From: Candidatus Latescibacterota bacterium | GTDB taxonomy: Bacteria > Latescibacterota > CBDEFO01 | Length of the DNA stretch: 64,000 nucleotides | Direction of reading: 5' to 3' | Assembly: GCA_965248755.1 (NCBI GenBank) | Contig: OZ252149.1 | Span: 3,744,001-3,808,000, forward strand | In this document: piece after piece, positions 52,965-63,654 of the stretch | How the letters are laid out: each line of letters starts with the position of its first letter | How positions within the stretch are numbered: position 1 is the stretch's first letter | Made by a program: the position numbers and the translations under genes | The notes under the pieces: model-generated | What the model saw: only the letters and a program-made list of their open reading frames with translations | Databases searched by the model: none | Told to the model about the DNA's origin: nothing

Positions 52965-55900
52965 ATGAAAAATAAACTGTTATTCCTGATGGGACTAGCT
53001 CTTGTGTATCTGCTTGCCCCCGGGATTACCCAGGCAAACGGTGGGGTGATTATAGATATCGGGGACGGTTTGGCCGCTGCGGGAGAGTCCAATGACGTGT
53101 TTATCTCTATTACTAACGATACAACTACTATTAATACGACTATAGCGGCGTTTCAGTTTGATGTGGTATTTGACAGCACCCAGCTTGAGCCTGTAACCGA
53201 TAGAGGTCTTTCTATATCGGTGGGAGATCCTGTACCTTTCTCAACGATCGATCTGAGGATGGAGACTCAATCGCCTGCCATGAAGACGGAGTTGATTGCG
53301 GCTAATACTATAAGGGTTGTGTTTGTTGATCTTACTACAAGTACTTTAGCAGGAGCAAGGAAAGTTTTGCCGGCAGGTAGAGGACCTATTATGTCTATAA
53401 GGTTCAAAGCAAAAGAAGGTGCGTCAGCAGGAAACAATAGTTTGTTCATAGAAACTAACGAGTTGTCGGATCTGAGAGGTGAGTCGATTCCTTCAGCTAC
53501 AGAACCAGGCACTTTCTCTGTGGTGACCCTGGGACTTGGCATTGGTCAGGGTCAGGCGGCTGTGGGACAGACGGGTCCTGCTCCCGTAATCTTGATAAAT
53601 GTGGATCCTATCGGTGGTGTTCAGTTCGATGTGGGTTTCGACAATAGTCTGCTGGAGTTCGTGGGGGTCGAACAGACAACCAGGAGTACAGGACTGATAC
53701 AGGTTGCGGGGGATACTCTACCGGGTCAGCCGGATGTAGTGCGCGTCGTTGCAGTGAGAGGGCGTCCAGGTAGAGCTATAGCCTCCGATACCAAGGGTGT
53801 AAACCCCGTATTTAATCTTCTGTTCAGGGTAAAGAAAGTGGCCGATCCTGACTCGATCTTGAGCTTTTCTTCACCTTTGACGTTAGCCAACTTGATAATT
53901 TCGGACGAACAGGGTGAAGAGACATTTTTGGATGCGGCTCCGGCCAGCGGGCTCTTTACTGTGGTGCGCGTAAAGGAGTCCCCGGTAGCGAATTTCACTG
54001 CGACTGTCGTAACGGGTACCAGAACAGTGAGGCTCAGGAACCGTTCAACGGGGCTTGCCGAATCTTTCGAGTGGGACCTAGGGGACGGCGGGAGCGCTAC
54101 AGTCGAGAACCTTAATCACACGTACGCACTTCCCGGGGCTTACCAGGTGACTCTGAGGGTGACAGGACCTACGCCCCCTGGGCTATTCGACACAGAGACC
54201 AAGCTTGTAGTTGTGGCGGCTCCTCGTCCGTCTGTCTCAAGTGTAATTCCAAGCAGAGTAGACAACGATGTGGAGAATGTCGTGACTGTCACCGGAGCTG
54301 AGTTCTTCGTGCAGGACGGGACACTTCCCGTCGTGGGGATAGACGGCTTCTTCCCGCCAGTCCAGTTTGTAAGTTCGAATCAGCTAAGGGTTACTATTCG
54401 GGCAGGAATTCCCATAGGTGTCTTTGATGTGCAGGTGACAAACCCCGATGAGCAGAGTGCCCTCGCGCCGCTGCCGAAGCTGACAATTGATCGTCCCGCC
54501 CCGGGAATAGACGCTGTCGATCCGAGCACTGTAACTGCGGGAATAGATGATATCGTTACTATTACGGGTTCTAATTTCTTCAACGATCCTCTGCCAATTT
54601 CGGTATCTATAGATGGGATTGCGCTGGCCGTTACGTTTGCTAACTCTACTACTTTGAGAGCGACGGTTGCAGGGACAGTGGCTCAGGGGACTTACGATGT
54701 GACGGTGACGAACTCCGATCCTGACGGCTCGCGTCCACTGGGCCCTCGGAGCGCGACTCTTGCTGGGGCTTTGACGGTGACCACACTTCCTCCAGACCCT
54801 CAGTCTGTGACTCCTGATACCGTCGTTGCAAGGGTGGATGCGCGCCTGACGATCAGCGGCCAGAACTTCAAGGAGGGGGCGACTGCGACTCTGGGAGGTG
54901 TGGATCTGGATGTCATCTTTATAAACAGAAGAGAATTGAGGGGAACGCTCTTAGGGACAGAATCTGTGGCGCTTGAAGGACCACAAGATCTGGTGGTGAC
55001 GAACCCTGATGATCTGAGCGGAACTTTAGAGGCAGCACTAGTGGTGCTTCAGCTGGCGGCGCCGAGTGTGACTGCTATCGATCCTAGTACAGTGGTGAAC
55101 GACAGGGACACGACATTTAGTATTACGGGTGCGAACTTCTTTGATCGCCCCACACCTCCCCAGGTAAGCGTGGACGGCGTGGCTTTGAGGGACGTGGAGT
55201 TCATAAGCAGTACAGAGCTGAGGGCCCTCGGCGGTCTTGGCCTTGACGTTGGTACAAGGAACGTGACTGTGACGAACCCTGACGGTCAAAGCGCCACAGG
55301 CGCCGGGATTTTAGATGTCATAGTGGGGCAGGTGATTCTGGCAGCCGTAGAACCGGCTATTGTCGTAAACGATTCAGCAAGGACTATAACGCTTTTGGGA
55401 GCTAACTTCGTGGCTCCTATTACAGTGGTGACAATAGACGGGACACCGCTGTCCGATGTTACTCCAGTAGATTTGAGGAGAGTGACGGCGACTGTCCCTG
55501 CGGGTCAGGCTCCGGATACCTACGATGTTACCATAAATGCGCTTCCGGGCAGTGCGACCCTTAGGAACGCTTTGACCGTAATTCTCCCGGCTCCGAGAGT
55601 AACGGTACTTGATCCCGACACCGTGTTTACGGAGACCGATGTCCTTTTAACGATTACGGGAGCTAATTTTGTAGATGGTGCATCCGCGCGGATAGACGAC
55701 GGAAGCGGAAACGTATTTCCTCTAACTCCTGTGGAGTTCGTAAGCGGCACGGAACTCCGGGCAACGATAAGCGGAATTTTCCCTGATCTCAGGTTTTATG
55801 ATGTTGTAGTTATAAATCCCGACGGTCAGAGAGGGGTGCTGGAGGACGGATTATGGATTACGGACTTTCCTGCTCCCCAGGTGGTGGGCATAAGCCCCGA

Positions 55901-58900
55901 TACGGTTGGAAATAATGTGGCGACAGATGTGGTCATCGAAGGAGCAAATTTCCGGGAGGGGGCTTTGGCGCGAATAGGCAGGGCTGATGCGGCGACTTTT
56001 GGATTGATAGGCATAGATGTCATAGACTCACGTTCAATTTCAGCTACTGTACCTGGAGGTTTAGATCCAGGGATCTACGATGTGATAGTGGTAAATCGCG
56101 ATCCGCTGGACAGGAAGGCAAGGCGCGGGATCGGAAGAGCAGAGGGAATCCTGGTGGTTCAGGACAGGGTCCGCCCATCGTTTAGACCCGCTCCGAGAAT
56201 TGTCGGCGCATCGGATAGCACTCTGACAGTCTTCTGGGGCGCAACCGAGCTGCATACGGGATTCGTGAGGTTTGAAAATACGGCTACCGGTGTTCTGGAC
56301 TCAGTGGCGACGCCGCCAGAACTCAAGATAGGTCATAGGCTTATTGTGGGCGGATTGGCGGCTAATATTAGATATAGAATAAGCGTGAGGATCTTCGACC
56401 TGGCGGGAAACCAGACCATAAGCCGAGACGTATTTGAGACGACTAAGAAGATTATACTGCCTTCGGTCAGGTTCGTTGAGGGTCCAACGGTGGTGAATAT
56501 TACTGACGTGACAGCAAACATAGTAGTAGGATTCAACAGGCTGGCGGAGGTGGAAGTACAGTTTTACAGCGTGGCGTCGCCTGAAGATACTAGAATAGTG
56601 GTGAGTGATCTGTCCAGAAGACACAACATCACCCTTTTCGACTTGACCTCAGACACTCTGATCGAATTGATAGTTACAGCTACCGATTTAGATGATAACG
56701 TTGTAATAAGCGGCATAATTCAAATTAGGACAGACCTGGGCCCGGACGTGACTTCACCGATCTTTACTTTGGGTCCGTTCGTGCGTGGGGTGACGACGAA
56801 CTCGGCCGGGATAGGGACGGTTACAAGCGAGAGTACGACTATCAGGATAGACTTTGGTACGTCCGCCGATTTCGGTCAAGTGCTCATTGGGGATGAGACG
56901 ACCGATAAGCATGCGAATAGATTGAGGGATCTTGATTTGACAACCACGTACTTCTTCCAGGTGACTGTGGCAGACCTTGCGGGCAACGAGACGGTTTCGG
57001 ACGTGGATTCTTTTGCGACTCTTTCACCTGTGCAGATCATACCTCTGGAGATAACTGAGCCTCCCTTCGCCTCCGGTATCGACACCAGTGAGGTTACGAT
57101 TGCCTATACAACTAACAAGATATCAGACACGAGGATATTGTATGGGACTGCACCGGATTCTTTGATTCAGTTGTTTGTGGACTCGGAAAACGTCTTAAAG
57201 CACAGCGGCGACTTGACAGGGCTGACTACGGCAACGGATTACTTTTACACGGTTACTTCAACTGCGCTGGACGGCGACGAGATAACCTCTGATATACTGA
57301 GGTTTAGGACGAGATCAGTAACTCTACCTCTCTTGATTACTGGGGGTCCTAATCTGGACTTTGCTGATACGAGCTCGGCTCAGATATCCTGGCTTACGAA
57401 TAAGCCTGGCAACTCGATAGTGGAATTCGGATTGACAGAAGGCCCACCTTTTGATGATAGAAAGATTGTATCGGAAAAAGTTGTGGATCACGTGGTGAGT
57501 CTTACCGATCTGCAGTCAGGAACTCAGTATTTCTACAGGGTGATCTCCGAGGGAAGCGACGTAACAAGCGTAGTCAAAATCTTTAACACGACGGATGCCG
57601 TAGATTTAACTCCGCCTTCGCTCACAAGAGGTCCGGTTCCTGCACGTGTCAGAGATAGGGCAGGCGTGGATGTTAATACGGTGACGATAAAATGGAGCAC
57701 GGACGATCCTTCTAATTTTGTTCTCCGATTCAAGGGTACTGACGATCCCAGAGCAGAGACCGACGTTGTAAGGAACAGGGATGTCAGGACAGTCTCGGAT
57801 CCAAACTTTACGAAGGATCATACGGCGATCTTGACGAATTTAACTTCCAATACAGTTTACTTTTATCTGATAGAGGCTCGAAATCCCACGGCACCGGATG
57901 CAGCTCTATTCAAGCCGAGAGTGGGAAAAACCTTTAAGTCCAAGACTCTCAGGGTGCGGGACGCGACTCCGCCTACGTTTGTGGATGGACGTCCGAGCGC
58001 GGGCTACACGAGCGCTACGAGGGCCGTATGGGTATGGAGGACCAACGAACCTTCTACGAGCGAGGTGTTTCTAAGGGAGGAGGGGTCTGTATCCTTCGAC
58101 TTTTTAGGGGATACCCGCTTTGTGACAGATCACTCCGTTCCGGTAACGGGTCTGACAGCGGGGACGACGTACGAAGTTATAATAATCTCGGCGGACAGGG
58201 CCGGGAACTTCGTGAGCTTTCCCGTACCAGGTATAAGGCCGAAATTTGCAAGGGAGAACGCTGCAAATGGAATCCTGGCAAAGGCAGTCTTCCAGCCTCC
58301 CGGAGGCAGGGGATCGTTTACGACATCTTTTATCGAAGATACAGACCCTCCCATCATTCTGACCGATCCATCGCTGCTGTCAACCACGCAGAACAGCGTC
58401 ACAATGAGCTGGCCTACGAATGAGCTTTCAGACAGTGTGTTAGAGTTCAGTCTGACTGATACTACTGTAGAGGGCAAGGTTTTTGGAGCTTTACAGGAAG
58501 AGCCGACGTTCGAGTTCCGGAAGGAGTTTGGCCAGGACGTCGTAGATCACATTGTGTTGGTGACAGATCTGCCTGAAGGGCAGACCTTCGACTTTCAAGT
58601 CTCTTCGACTGACCCGAACGACAATGGTCCGTCGTTCAGCAATCCTTCAATCTTTTCGACAGTGATAGAGCCAGATGTGACTCCTCCCAAGGTACTGGAC
58701 GTGAGTGTAGAAGGTAAAACGACGAATCAGGCGACCCTTGCGTGGAGGACAGATGAGCTTGCCAACAGTGTGGTGGAGTTCTTCACTGCGGGAGGGGATA
58801 CGCTCTTGAGAGAAGACGATAGAAATGTGATCGATCACAGGGTGACCTTGACGGGTTTGGAGCTAGGGACGGAATATACCACTTCGGTTTCTTCTACTGA

Positions 58901-60566
58901 CATAAGTGGCAACGGTCCTTCTTCATTTGCTACGACCTTTACGACGGCTACTGAGATTGACATTATACCCCCAGCAATAAGAGATGTTTCGGGAAGGGAA
59001 GGGGCGGAAGCTCAGTTTGTGACCTCTCTTTCCGATTCGACGGCGAGTTTAGAGTGGATTACGGATGAACTCTCCAACAGCTTTGTGGATTTCGACACCA
59101 CGCGGTCGACTCTGGAGTCAGGAGTGGGATTCAGTGTTGCAGGAAGCGCGGAGAACATCATAAGGCACAGAGTCACTTTGACGGGCTTGAGGAGCGGAAT
59201 TACATACTCCTACAAGGTTGGATCTGAAGATGTAACCGATCCCCCGAATGTGGCCCAGAGCGAAATACTCTCATTTGTGCCAGAGGCGGATGTGACTCCT
59301 CCCCAGAGGCCAGAAGAGGTAAAGTCCATAGGTGGAGACAGAGAGGTCTTTCTGAGTTGGAAGCAGAACGTAGATCTTGACTTTGCGTCTTATCAGGTCC
59401 TAAGGTCTGTGGGTGACGAAAGCTTTGCAAGCATAGCGACAGGTGTTACGGACACGACATTCCGTGATGTAGGGCTTGAGAACGGCTCGGAGTACGCATA
59501 TAAGGTGGTGGCGTTCGACAGGGCGGCCAACTCGGCAGAATCCGACATCGCTCAGGTGGATCCTATCCCGGCTGTTGGAAACGTTGCGACGGCTCCCGGG
59601 ATCATAGGTATAGGACCAGATCCTGATTTAGGACGTCCTATTGTCGGCGCAGAAGAGAATGTCAAGACTCAGACTCCCAACCTTTTGATAAGTCAGGCCT
59701 CTCCGGGACTGCGTGACACTCTATCTGTGTTGACTTACACGTTCACAGTCTATTCAGATTCAGCGCTGACCGACGTCGCAAGGTCTATTTCGGGGATTAC
59801 ACCGGCGGGACCCGATGATCCGATTCCAGGGAGCGGTTTCAGTCTGTTCTGGCATCTCACTCCTCCTTTGGACAAGGATATAGATCTTGCTACTGGCGAG
59901 TTCATTGCGACGACTTTCTGGTGGAGAGCAAGGGCTAACGATAGTATATTTAACGGCCAGTGGTCCGCAGCCGAGAAGTTTGTAGTCGATGCTGTGGCTG
60001 TGGTGGAGCTATCCAGCTTCACGGCCCTGGAAGACAGGGGAAGAGTAAGAGTAAACTGGGTCACGGCAAGCGAGAGGGAGAACGCCGGGTTCAACATCTA
60101 CAGGAGTATAACAAAAGACGGGGTCTACCATAGGTTGAACGATGAGCTGCTTGTGGGAGACAGTCCCTACATGTTCGTGGATGAGGATGTACAGATAGGA
60201 AGGACCTACTACTACAAGCTTGAGGCTCTTGATATAGTAGGGGAAGGAACCTTATTCGGCCCTGTTGCGACGACTCTGAGAGGGCCTATGAGCTATTCTC
60301 TTTCCCCAAACTATCCAAATCCTTTCAACCCTGAGACTACCATAAATTACGAGGTACCCAAGACAGGAAGATTGACGCTTAAGATATATAACGTCCTGGG
60401 TCAGGAGGTAAAGACGCTGGTGGATGAGAAGTTGGAGCCAGGTTATTATAGGGCGCTATGGGATGGAAAAGACAGCACAGGCAGACAGATGGCAAGCGGG
60501 GTCTATTTCTACCGTATAAAATCGGAGGGTTTTGCCAAGTCGCTGAAGATGATGCTTTTGAAGTAG
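52965..60566 (+). CDS. Giant secreted surface protein: two cohesins, PKD, IPT/TIG repeats, FN3-like repeats, sorting domain (ORF track start 52902)
   Basis: AAFQFDVVFD; WDLGDG...HTY..PGAY; ITGANF...VTNPDG repeats; W.T.E.S.S...H.V.LTGL repeats; VELSSF, WVTASE.ENAGFNIYRS; LSPNYPNPFNP. Confidence 0.88.
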   Translation: MKNKLLFLMGLALVYLLAPGITQANGGVIIDIGDGLAAAGESNDVFISITNDTTTINTTIAAFQFDVVFDSTQLEPVTDRGLSISVGDPVPFSTIDLRMETQSPAMKTELIAANTIRVVFVDLTTSTLAGARKVLPAGRGPIMSIRFKAKEGASAGNNSLFIETNELSDLRGESIPSATEPGTFSVVTLGLGIGQGQAAVGQTGPAPVILINVDPIGGVQFDVGFDNSLLEFVGVEQTTRSTGLIQVAGDTLPGQPDVVRVVAVRGRPGRAIASDTKGVNPVFNLLFRVKKVADPDSILSFSSPLTLANLIISDEQGEETFLDAAPASGLFTVVRVKESPVANFTATVVTGTRTVRLRNRSTGLAESFEWDLGDGGSATVENLNHTYALPGAYQVTLRVTGPTPPGLFDTETKLVVVAAPRPSVSSVIPSRVDNDVENVVTVTGAEFFVQDGTLPVVGIDGFFPPVQFVSSNQLRVTIRAGIPIGVFDVQVTNPDEQSALAPLPKLTIDRPAPGIDAVDPSTVTAGIDDIVTITGSNFFNDPLPISVSIDGIALAVTFANSTTLRATVAGTVAQGTYDVTVTNSDPDGSRPLGPRSATLAGALTVTTLPPDPQSVTPDTVVARVDARLTISGQNFKEGATATLGGVDLDVIFINRRELRGTLLGTESVALEGPQDLVVTNPDDLSGTLEAALVVLQLAAPSVTAIDPSTVVNDRDTTFSITGANFFDRPTPPQVSVDGVALRDVEFISSTELRALGGLGLDVGTRNVTVTNPDGQSATGAGILDVIVGQVILAAVEPAIVVNDSARTITLLGANFVAPITVVTIDGTPLSDVTPVDLRRVTATVPAGQAPDTYDVTINALPGSATLRNALTVILPAPRVTVLDPDTVFTETDVLLTITGANFVDGASARIDDGSGNVFPLTPVEFVSGTELRATISGIFPDLRFYDVVVINPDGQRGVLEDGLWITDFPAPQVVGISPDTVGNNVATDVVIEGANFREGALARIGRADAATFGLIGIDVIDSRSISATVPGGLDPGIYDVIVVNRDPLDRKARRGIGRAEGILVVQDRVRPSFRPAPRIVGASDSTLTVFWGATELHTGFVRFENTATGVLDSVATPPELKIGHRLIVGGLAANIRYRISVRIFDLAGNQTISRDVFETTKKIILPSVRFVEGPTVVNITDVTANIVVGFNRLAEVEVQFYSVASPEDTRIVVSDLSRRHNITLFDLTSDTLIELIVTATDLDDNVVISGIIQIRTDLGPDVTSPIFTLGPFVRGVTTNSAGIGTVTSESTTIRIDFGTSADFGQVLIGDETTDKHANRLRDLDLTTTYFFQVTVADLAGNETVSDVDSFATLSPVQIIPLEITEPPFASGIDTSEVTIAYTTNKISDTRILYGTAPDSLIQLFVDSENVLKHSGDLTGLTTATDYFYTVTSTALDGDEITSDILRFRTRSVTLPLLITGGPNLDFADTSSAQISWLTNKPGNSIVEFGLTEGPPFDDRKIVSEKVVDHVVSLTDLQSGTQYFYRVISEGSDVTSVVKIFNTTDAVDLTPPSLTRGPVPARVRDRAGVDVNTVTIKWSTDDPSNFVLRFKGTDDPRAETDVVRNRDVRTVSDPNFTKDHTAILTNLTSNTVYFYLIEARNPTAPDAALFKPRVGKTFKSKTLRVRDATPPTFVDGRPSAGYTSATRAVWVWRTNEPSTSEVFLREEGSVSFDFLGDTRFVTDHSVPVTGLTAGTTYEVIIISADRAGNFVSFPVPGIRPKFARENAANGILAKAVFQPPGGRGSFTTSFIEDTDPPIILTDPSLLSTTQNSVTMSWPTNELSDSVLEFSLTDTTVEGKVFGALQEEPTFEFRKEFGQDVVDHIVLVTDLPEGQTFDFQVSSTDPNDNGPSFSNPSIFSTVIEPDVTPPKVLDVSVEGKTTNQATLAWRTDELANSVVEFFTAGGDTLLREDDRNVIDHRVTLTGLELGTEYTTSVSSTDISGNGPSSFATTFTTATEIDIIPPAIRDVSGREGAEAQFVTSLSDSTASLEWITDELSNSFVDFDTTRSTLESGVGFSVAGSAENIIRHRVTLTGLRSGITYSYKVGSEDVTDPPNVAQSEILSFVPEADVTPPQRPEEVKSIGGDREVFLSWKQNVDLDFASYQVLRSVGDESFASIATGVTDTTFRDVGLENGSEYAYKVVAFDRAANSAESDIAQVDPIPAVGNVATAPGIIGIGPDPDLGRPIVGAEENVKTQTPNLLISQASPGLRDTLSVLTYTFTVYSDSALTDVARSISGITPAGPDDPIPGSGFSLFWHLTPPLDKDIDLATGEFIATTFWWRARANDSIFNGQWSAAEKFVVDAVAVVELSSFTALEDRGRVRVNWVTASERENAGFNIYRSITKDGVYHRLNDELLVGDSPYMFVDEDVQIGRTYYYKLEALDIVGEGTLFGPVATTLRGPMSYSLSPNYPNPFNPETTINYEVPKTGRLTLKIYNVLGQEVKTLVDEKLEPGYYRALWDGKDSTGRQMASGVYFYRIKSEGFAKSLKMMLLK

Positions 60567-60620
60567 AGCGAGCGTAAGGATTTGTTAGTTAGCAGGGAAA
60601 TAGTCTCAGGAGTTGGATTG

Positions 60621-60654
60621 AGCGGCAAAGTTAAGTTGATCTTTGCCGCTTTTT
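60621..60654 (+). terminator. Rho-independent terminator closing the surface-protein operon
   Basis: AGCGGCAAAG-loop-CTTTGCCGCT followed by a T run. Confidence 0.8.
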
Positions 60655-60664
60655 ATATGGTAGT

Positions 60665-61170
60665 GGTTGAATATCAAATGAAATGAGAGCACTAGGCTGT
60701 TGTTCAGTTGTGATTCGGAAAGGTTGCTCTTCTCAAGAATTTGTACGCACATTGTACGACCTTCTTGCCCTTACAACCTGAAATTAAATGTAGGGAGTGA
60801 GGTTCACTCGCCCCAAGAGCAGGGTTACCCTGCCCCCCCACGAATACGCACGTGCGGCCAAAGGGTTCCTGGCAAAACTGAGACCAAAAATGTGTTGCCT
60901 TTCCGAATCACGGCTAAGATCTGCTTTATTAGGCAAGTTAGACAAGATATACAACAAGCAGATAAAGCCGTTATCGATGTCCTAAATGAAACAGTGCTTC
61001 TTCCCTCCTCTTACATCAATTACTTTGTCCTGGCTGAATGGAACTTAAAAGAAGAACAATTATGCATCCACTTTGAAAAGGACCAAAAACCAGAGGTTAT
61101 CAAAGAGCTAGCATTCAAAATTAATCCAAGATCGAATGAGAAGTGTTCTCATTTCATTTGATTTATAACC
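60665..61170 (+). mobile_element. Internally deleted IS or MITE-like element (506 bp)
   Basis: 29-bp terminal inverted repeats matching at 25 of 29 positions (ggttgaatatcaaatgaaatgagagcact); encloses a possible transposase C-terminal fragment. Confidence 0.65.
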
Positions 61171-61549
61171 GGAAGGCTAAAGAGCATTGAATAGTTAGAC
61201 CAGTATTTACAAGGACTTAGGGGTTGTTCTTGACAGAACATCTTCCAAAAGGCAAAAGATCTGTAAATGAGCAACTTGACAACGTCGAATCTGCACTCAA
61301 GCTCAAGCATAGCAAGGAGGCTGCGGCTGCAACTCTATCGTAACTCTCTGACTGAGGCTTGTCAAAATCCCCCGGTATGGACTTCTCAAGAGGCCTTCTG
61401 CCTGTTACGGGAGTCCAAGATTCTCAAGGAGAGCCAAAAAATGAAATTGAATCCACTGACAGTCTCCTATTCGCTTAATGCTGGCGCGAAACCCTATGGA
61501 ACGCTCTCGATAGGCCCAGAACGGCATAAGGGTGTTTTTCCCTTGACAG

Positions 61550-62248
61550 ATGAGGTTTTTTGTCGTACCTTTTCAGGCTTGGGGATTATTACTCACGAAG
61601 AAGGGAATAGGGGATCGTATGTGTAGGTTTGTTATCGGTATATTAGTCTTGGAGACGTTGTTTTTCTTTACCAGCTCATACGCTGAGGAGGAAAAGGGGA
61701 TAAGCGACTACAGGACAGATCTTGAGATGGTCAAGGAAACTCTATGGGGGGCTTCTGTCAGGGGACTTGAAGGGAGTCCCCTTTCAACGGGATTGAGTGT
61801 GAGTCTACACTCACTGAAGGAGGACGAAAGAGATTGGATTCTGATGGATGTTTTGACTGAAGTTCTCCTGGATAGAGGGTGTAATGTTGCGGCGAATATT
61901 ACCGATTCTCTCTCGGTAGGGAATGGAGATTATTCTCTTTATTTTCGGATCGCGTATATAAAGTTGAGCTGCCGTCCCAGGAGTTTTTTAAAGCTCTTCA
62001 AAAAGTCTTTGGAGAGGGATGTACAGGCTGATGTCCTCTTTAGGATTTCGGATAATAGCGACGGAGCCGTTGTGTGGACAAAATGGGTGAAGGGGCGAGA
62101 TAAAGACCTAATTCCGAATAAATACAATAAGCTTCTGGGGGACGAGGAGTCTATAGAGCGATATATGATCGAGAAAGAAGGGAAGTTGGTGGAGGCGTTG
62201 GTAGCTTTGGGGGTTATCTCAAGTATTGTGTTTGTGGCGTTCAGATAG
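61550..62248 (+). CDS. Hypothetical exported protein with C-terminal TM helix (start possibly 61619)
   Basis: Signal-like MCRFVIGILVLETLFFFTSSYA; hydrophobic C-terminus. Confidence 0.65.
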   Translation: MRFFVVPFQAWGLLLTKKGIGDRMCRFVIGILVLETLFFFTSSYAEEEKGISDYRTDLEMVKETLWGASVRGLEGSPLSTGLSVSLHSLKEDERDWILMDVLTEVLLDRGCNVAANITDSLSVGNGDYSLYFRIAYIKLSCRPRSFLKLFKKSLERDVQADVLFRISDNSDGAVVWTKWVKGRDKDLIPNKYNKLLGDEESIERYMIEKEGKLVEALVALGVISSIVFVAFR

Positions 62249-62265
62249 GGCAGAAGAGGACATAA

Positions 62266-63594
62266 ATGAGAAGGATAGGCGTTATAGGGACCGGTTACGT
62301 GGGTTTGGTTACGGGGGCATGCCTGGTAGATTTCGGGAACTCTGTAGTATGCATGGACACGAATCAGGACAAGATCGAGGGGTTGAAAAGGGGAAGAATA
62401 CCGATATATGAGCCGGGTCTGAAGGAATTGATAGAGAGGAGTACCAAAAGGGGGAGGCTTGCGTTCTCCACAGATATAGCGCTCGGGATAAAGACTTCGG
62501 AGATAATATTTATAGCTGTGTGGACCCCTGCTTTGGAGGGGGGAGATGTGGATATCTCAGATGTGCTGGATGTGGCAGGGAAGATAGCGGAGTATATGGA
62601 AGATTATAAGATTATTGTGAACAAGAGCACAGTGTCTGTCGGGACCGGAGCGAAAGTCGAGAAACTGATAAGGGAAAAGCGAGGGAATGAGGTTAAGTTC
62701 GATGTAGTGTCTAACCCCGAATTTCTACGGGAGGGTTCGGCAATTGAGGATTTCATGCGTCCCAATAGGGTGGTGATAGGGGCGAGGACGGAGAAGGCAA
62801 TGGATATTATGGCCGACGTATATCGTCCACTGTATCTAAACGAGACGCCGATAGTAAGTACGGACGTCGAGACGGCAGAGATGATAAAGTACGCCTCTAA
62901 CGCCTTTCTAGCAGCGAAGATTTCGTTTATCAATGAGATTGCAAATATATGCGAGGGCTACGGTGCAGATGTAAAAATGGTGGCAAAAGCTATGGGGCTG
63001 GACGGCAGAATAGGTCCAAAGTTTCTGCATGCAGGCCCAGGTTTCGGGGGAAATTGCCTGCCGAAGGACGTGAGAGGATTGGCGAGAATAGCCGCCAAGG
63101 TGGGGGTTGAATCGCCATTGATTGATGGAATTATCGAATCCAATCAAGGCCAAAGTAAGTTGATGGTGGGGAAATTAAAGAAGCTTCTATGCGGGAGTTT
63201 CGAAGGAAAGAGAGTAGGTGTGCTCGGACTTTCTTTCAAGCCGAACACCGACGACATAAGAGAGGCCCCGGCTCTTGTTTTGATCGAAGCTCTTTTAAAG
63301 AGAGGAACAAGTGTAAGGGCATTTGATCCTGAGGCTATGGAGAACACTAAGAGGATATTTCCCCAGGTGGAGTACTGCAAGGACCCTTATGAAGCTGCGG
63401 TGGAGTGTGATGCGATTGTCCTGATGACCGAGTGGAACGAATTTAGGGATATTGACTTTGTGAGGTTAAAAAAGACTCTCAGGGCACCGAATTTCTTAGA
63501 TTGCAGGAACGTCTACGATCCGGATGAGATCAGAAAATTAGGATTTAACTATGTGGGCGTTGGAAGAGGATATAATAAAGTAGACAGTAGCTAG
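62266..63594 (+). CDS. ugd: UDP-glucose 6-dehydrogenase
   Basis: IGTGYVGL, PIYEPGL, NKSTV, SNPEFLREG, GFGGNCLPKD and FKPNTDDIRE motifs. Confidence 0.95.
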   Translation: MRRIGVIGTGYVGLVTGACLVDFGNSVVCMDTNQDKIEGLKRGRIPIYEPGLKELIERSTKRGRLAFSTDIALGIKTSEIIFIAVWTPALEGGDVDISDVLDVAGKIAEYMEDYKIIVNKSTVSVGTGAKVEKLIREKRGNEVKFDVVSNPEFLREGSAIEDFMRPNRVVIGARTEKAMDIMADVYRPLYLNETPIVSTDVETAEMIKYASNAFLAAKISFINEIANICEGYGADVKMVAKAMGLDGRIGPKFLHAGPGFGGNCLPKDVRGLARIAAKVGVESPLIDGIIESNQGQSKLMVGKLKKLLCGSFEGKRVGVLGLSFKPNTDDIREAPALVLIEALLKRGTSVRAFDPEAMENTKRIFPQVEYCKDPYEAAVECDAIVLMTEWNEFRDIDFVRLKKTLRAPNFLDCRNVYDPDEIRKLGFNYVGVGRGYNKVDSS

Positions 63595-63654
63595 TAGACA
63601 TTAATCTGGTGGGATGGGAGGCAGTACCCTGTCTACTAATCCTGGGAGGATGAG

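Noticed and set aside
61267..61626. 119-aa ORF as a gene
   Set aside because: No recognisable motifs or RBS, and it overlaps the better-supported downstream CDS.
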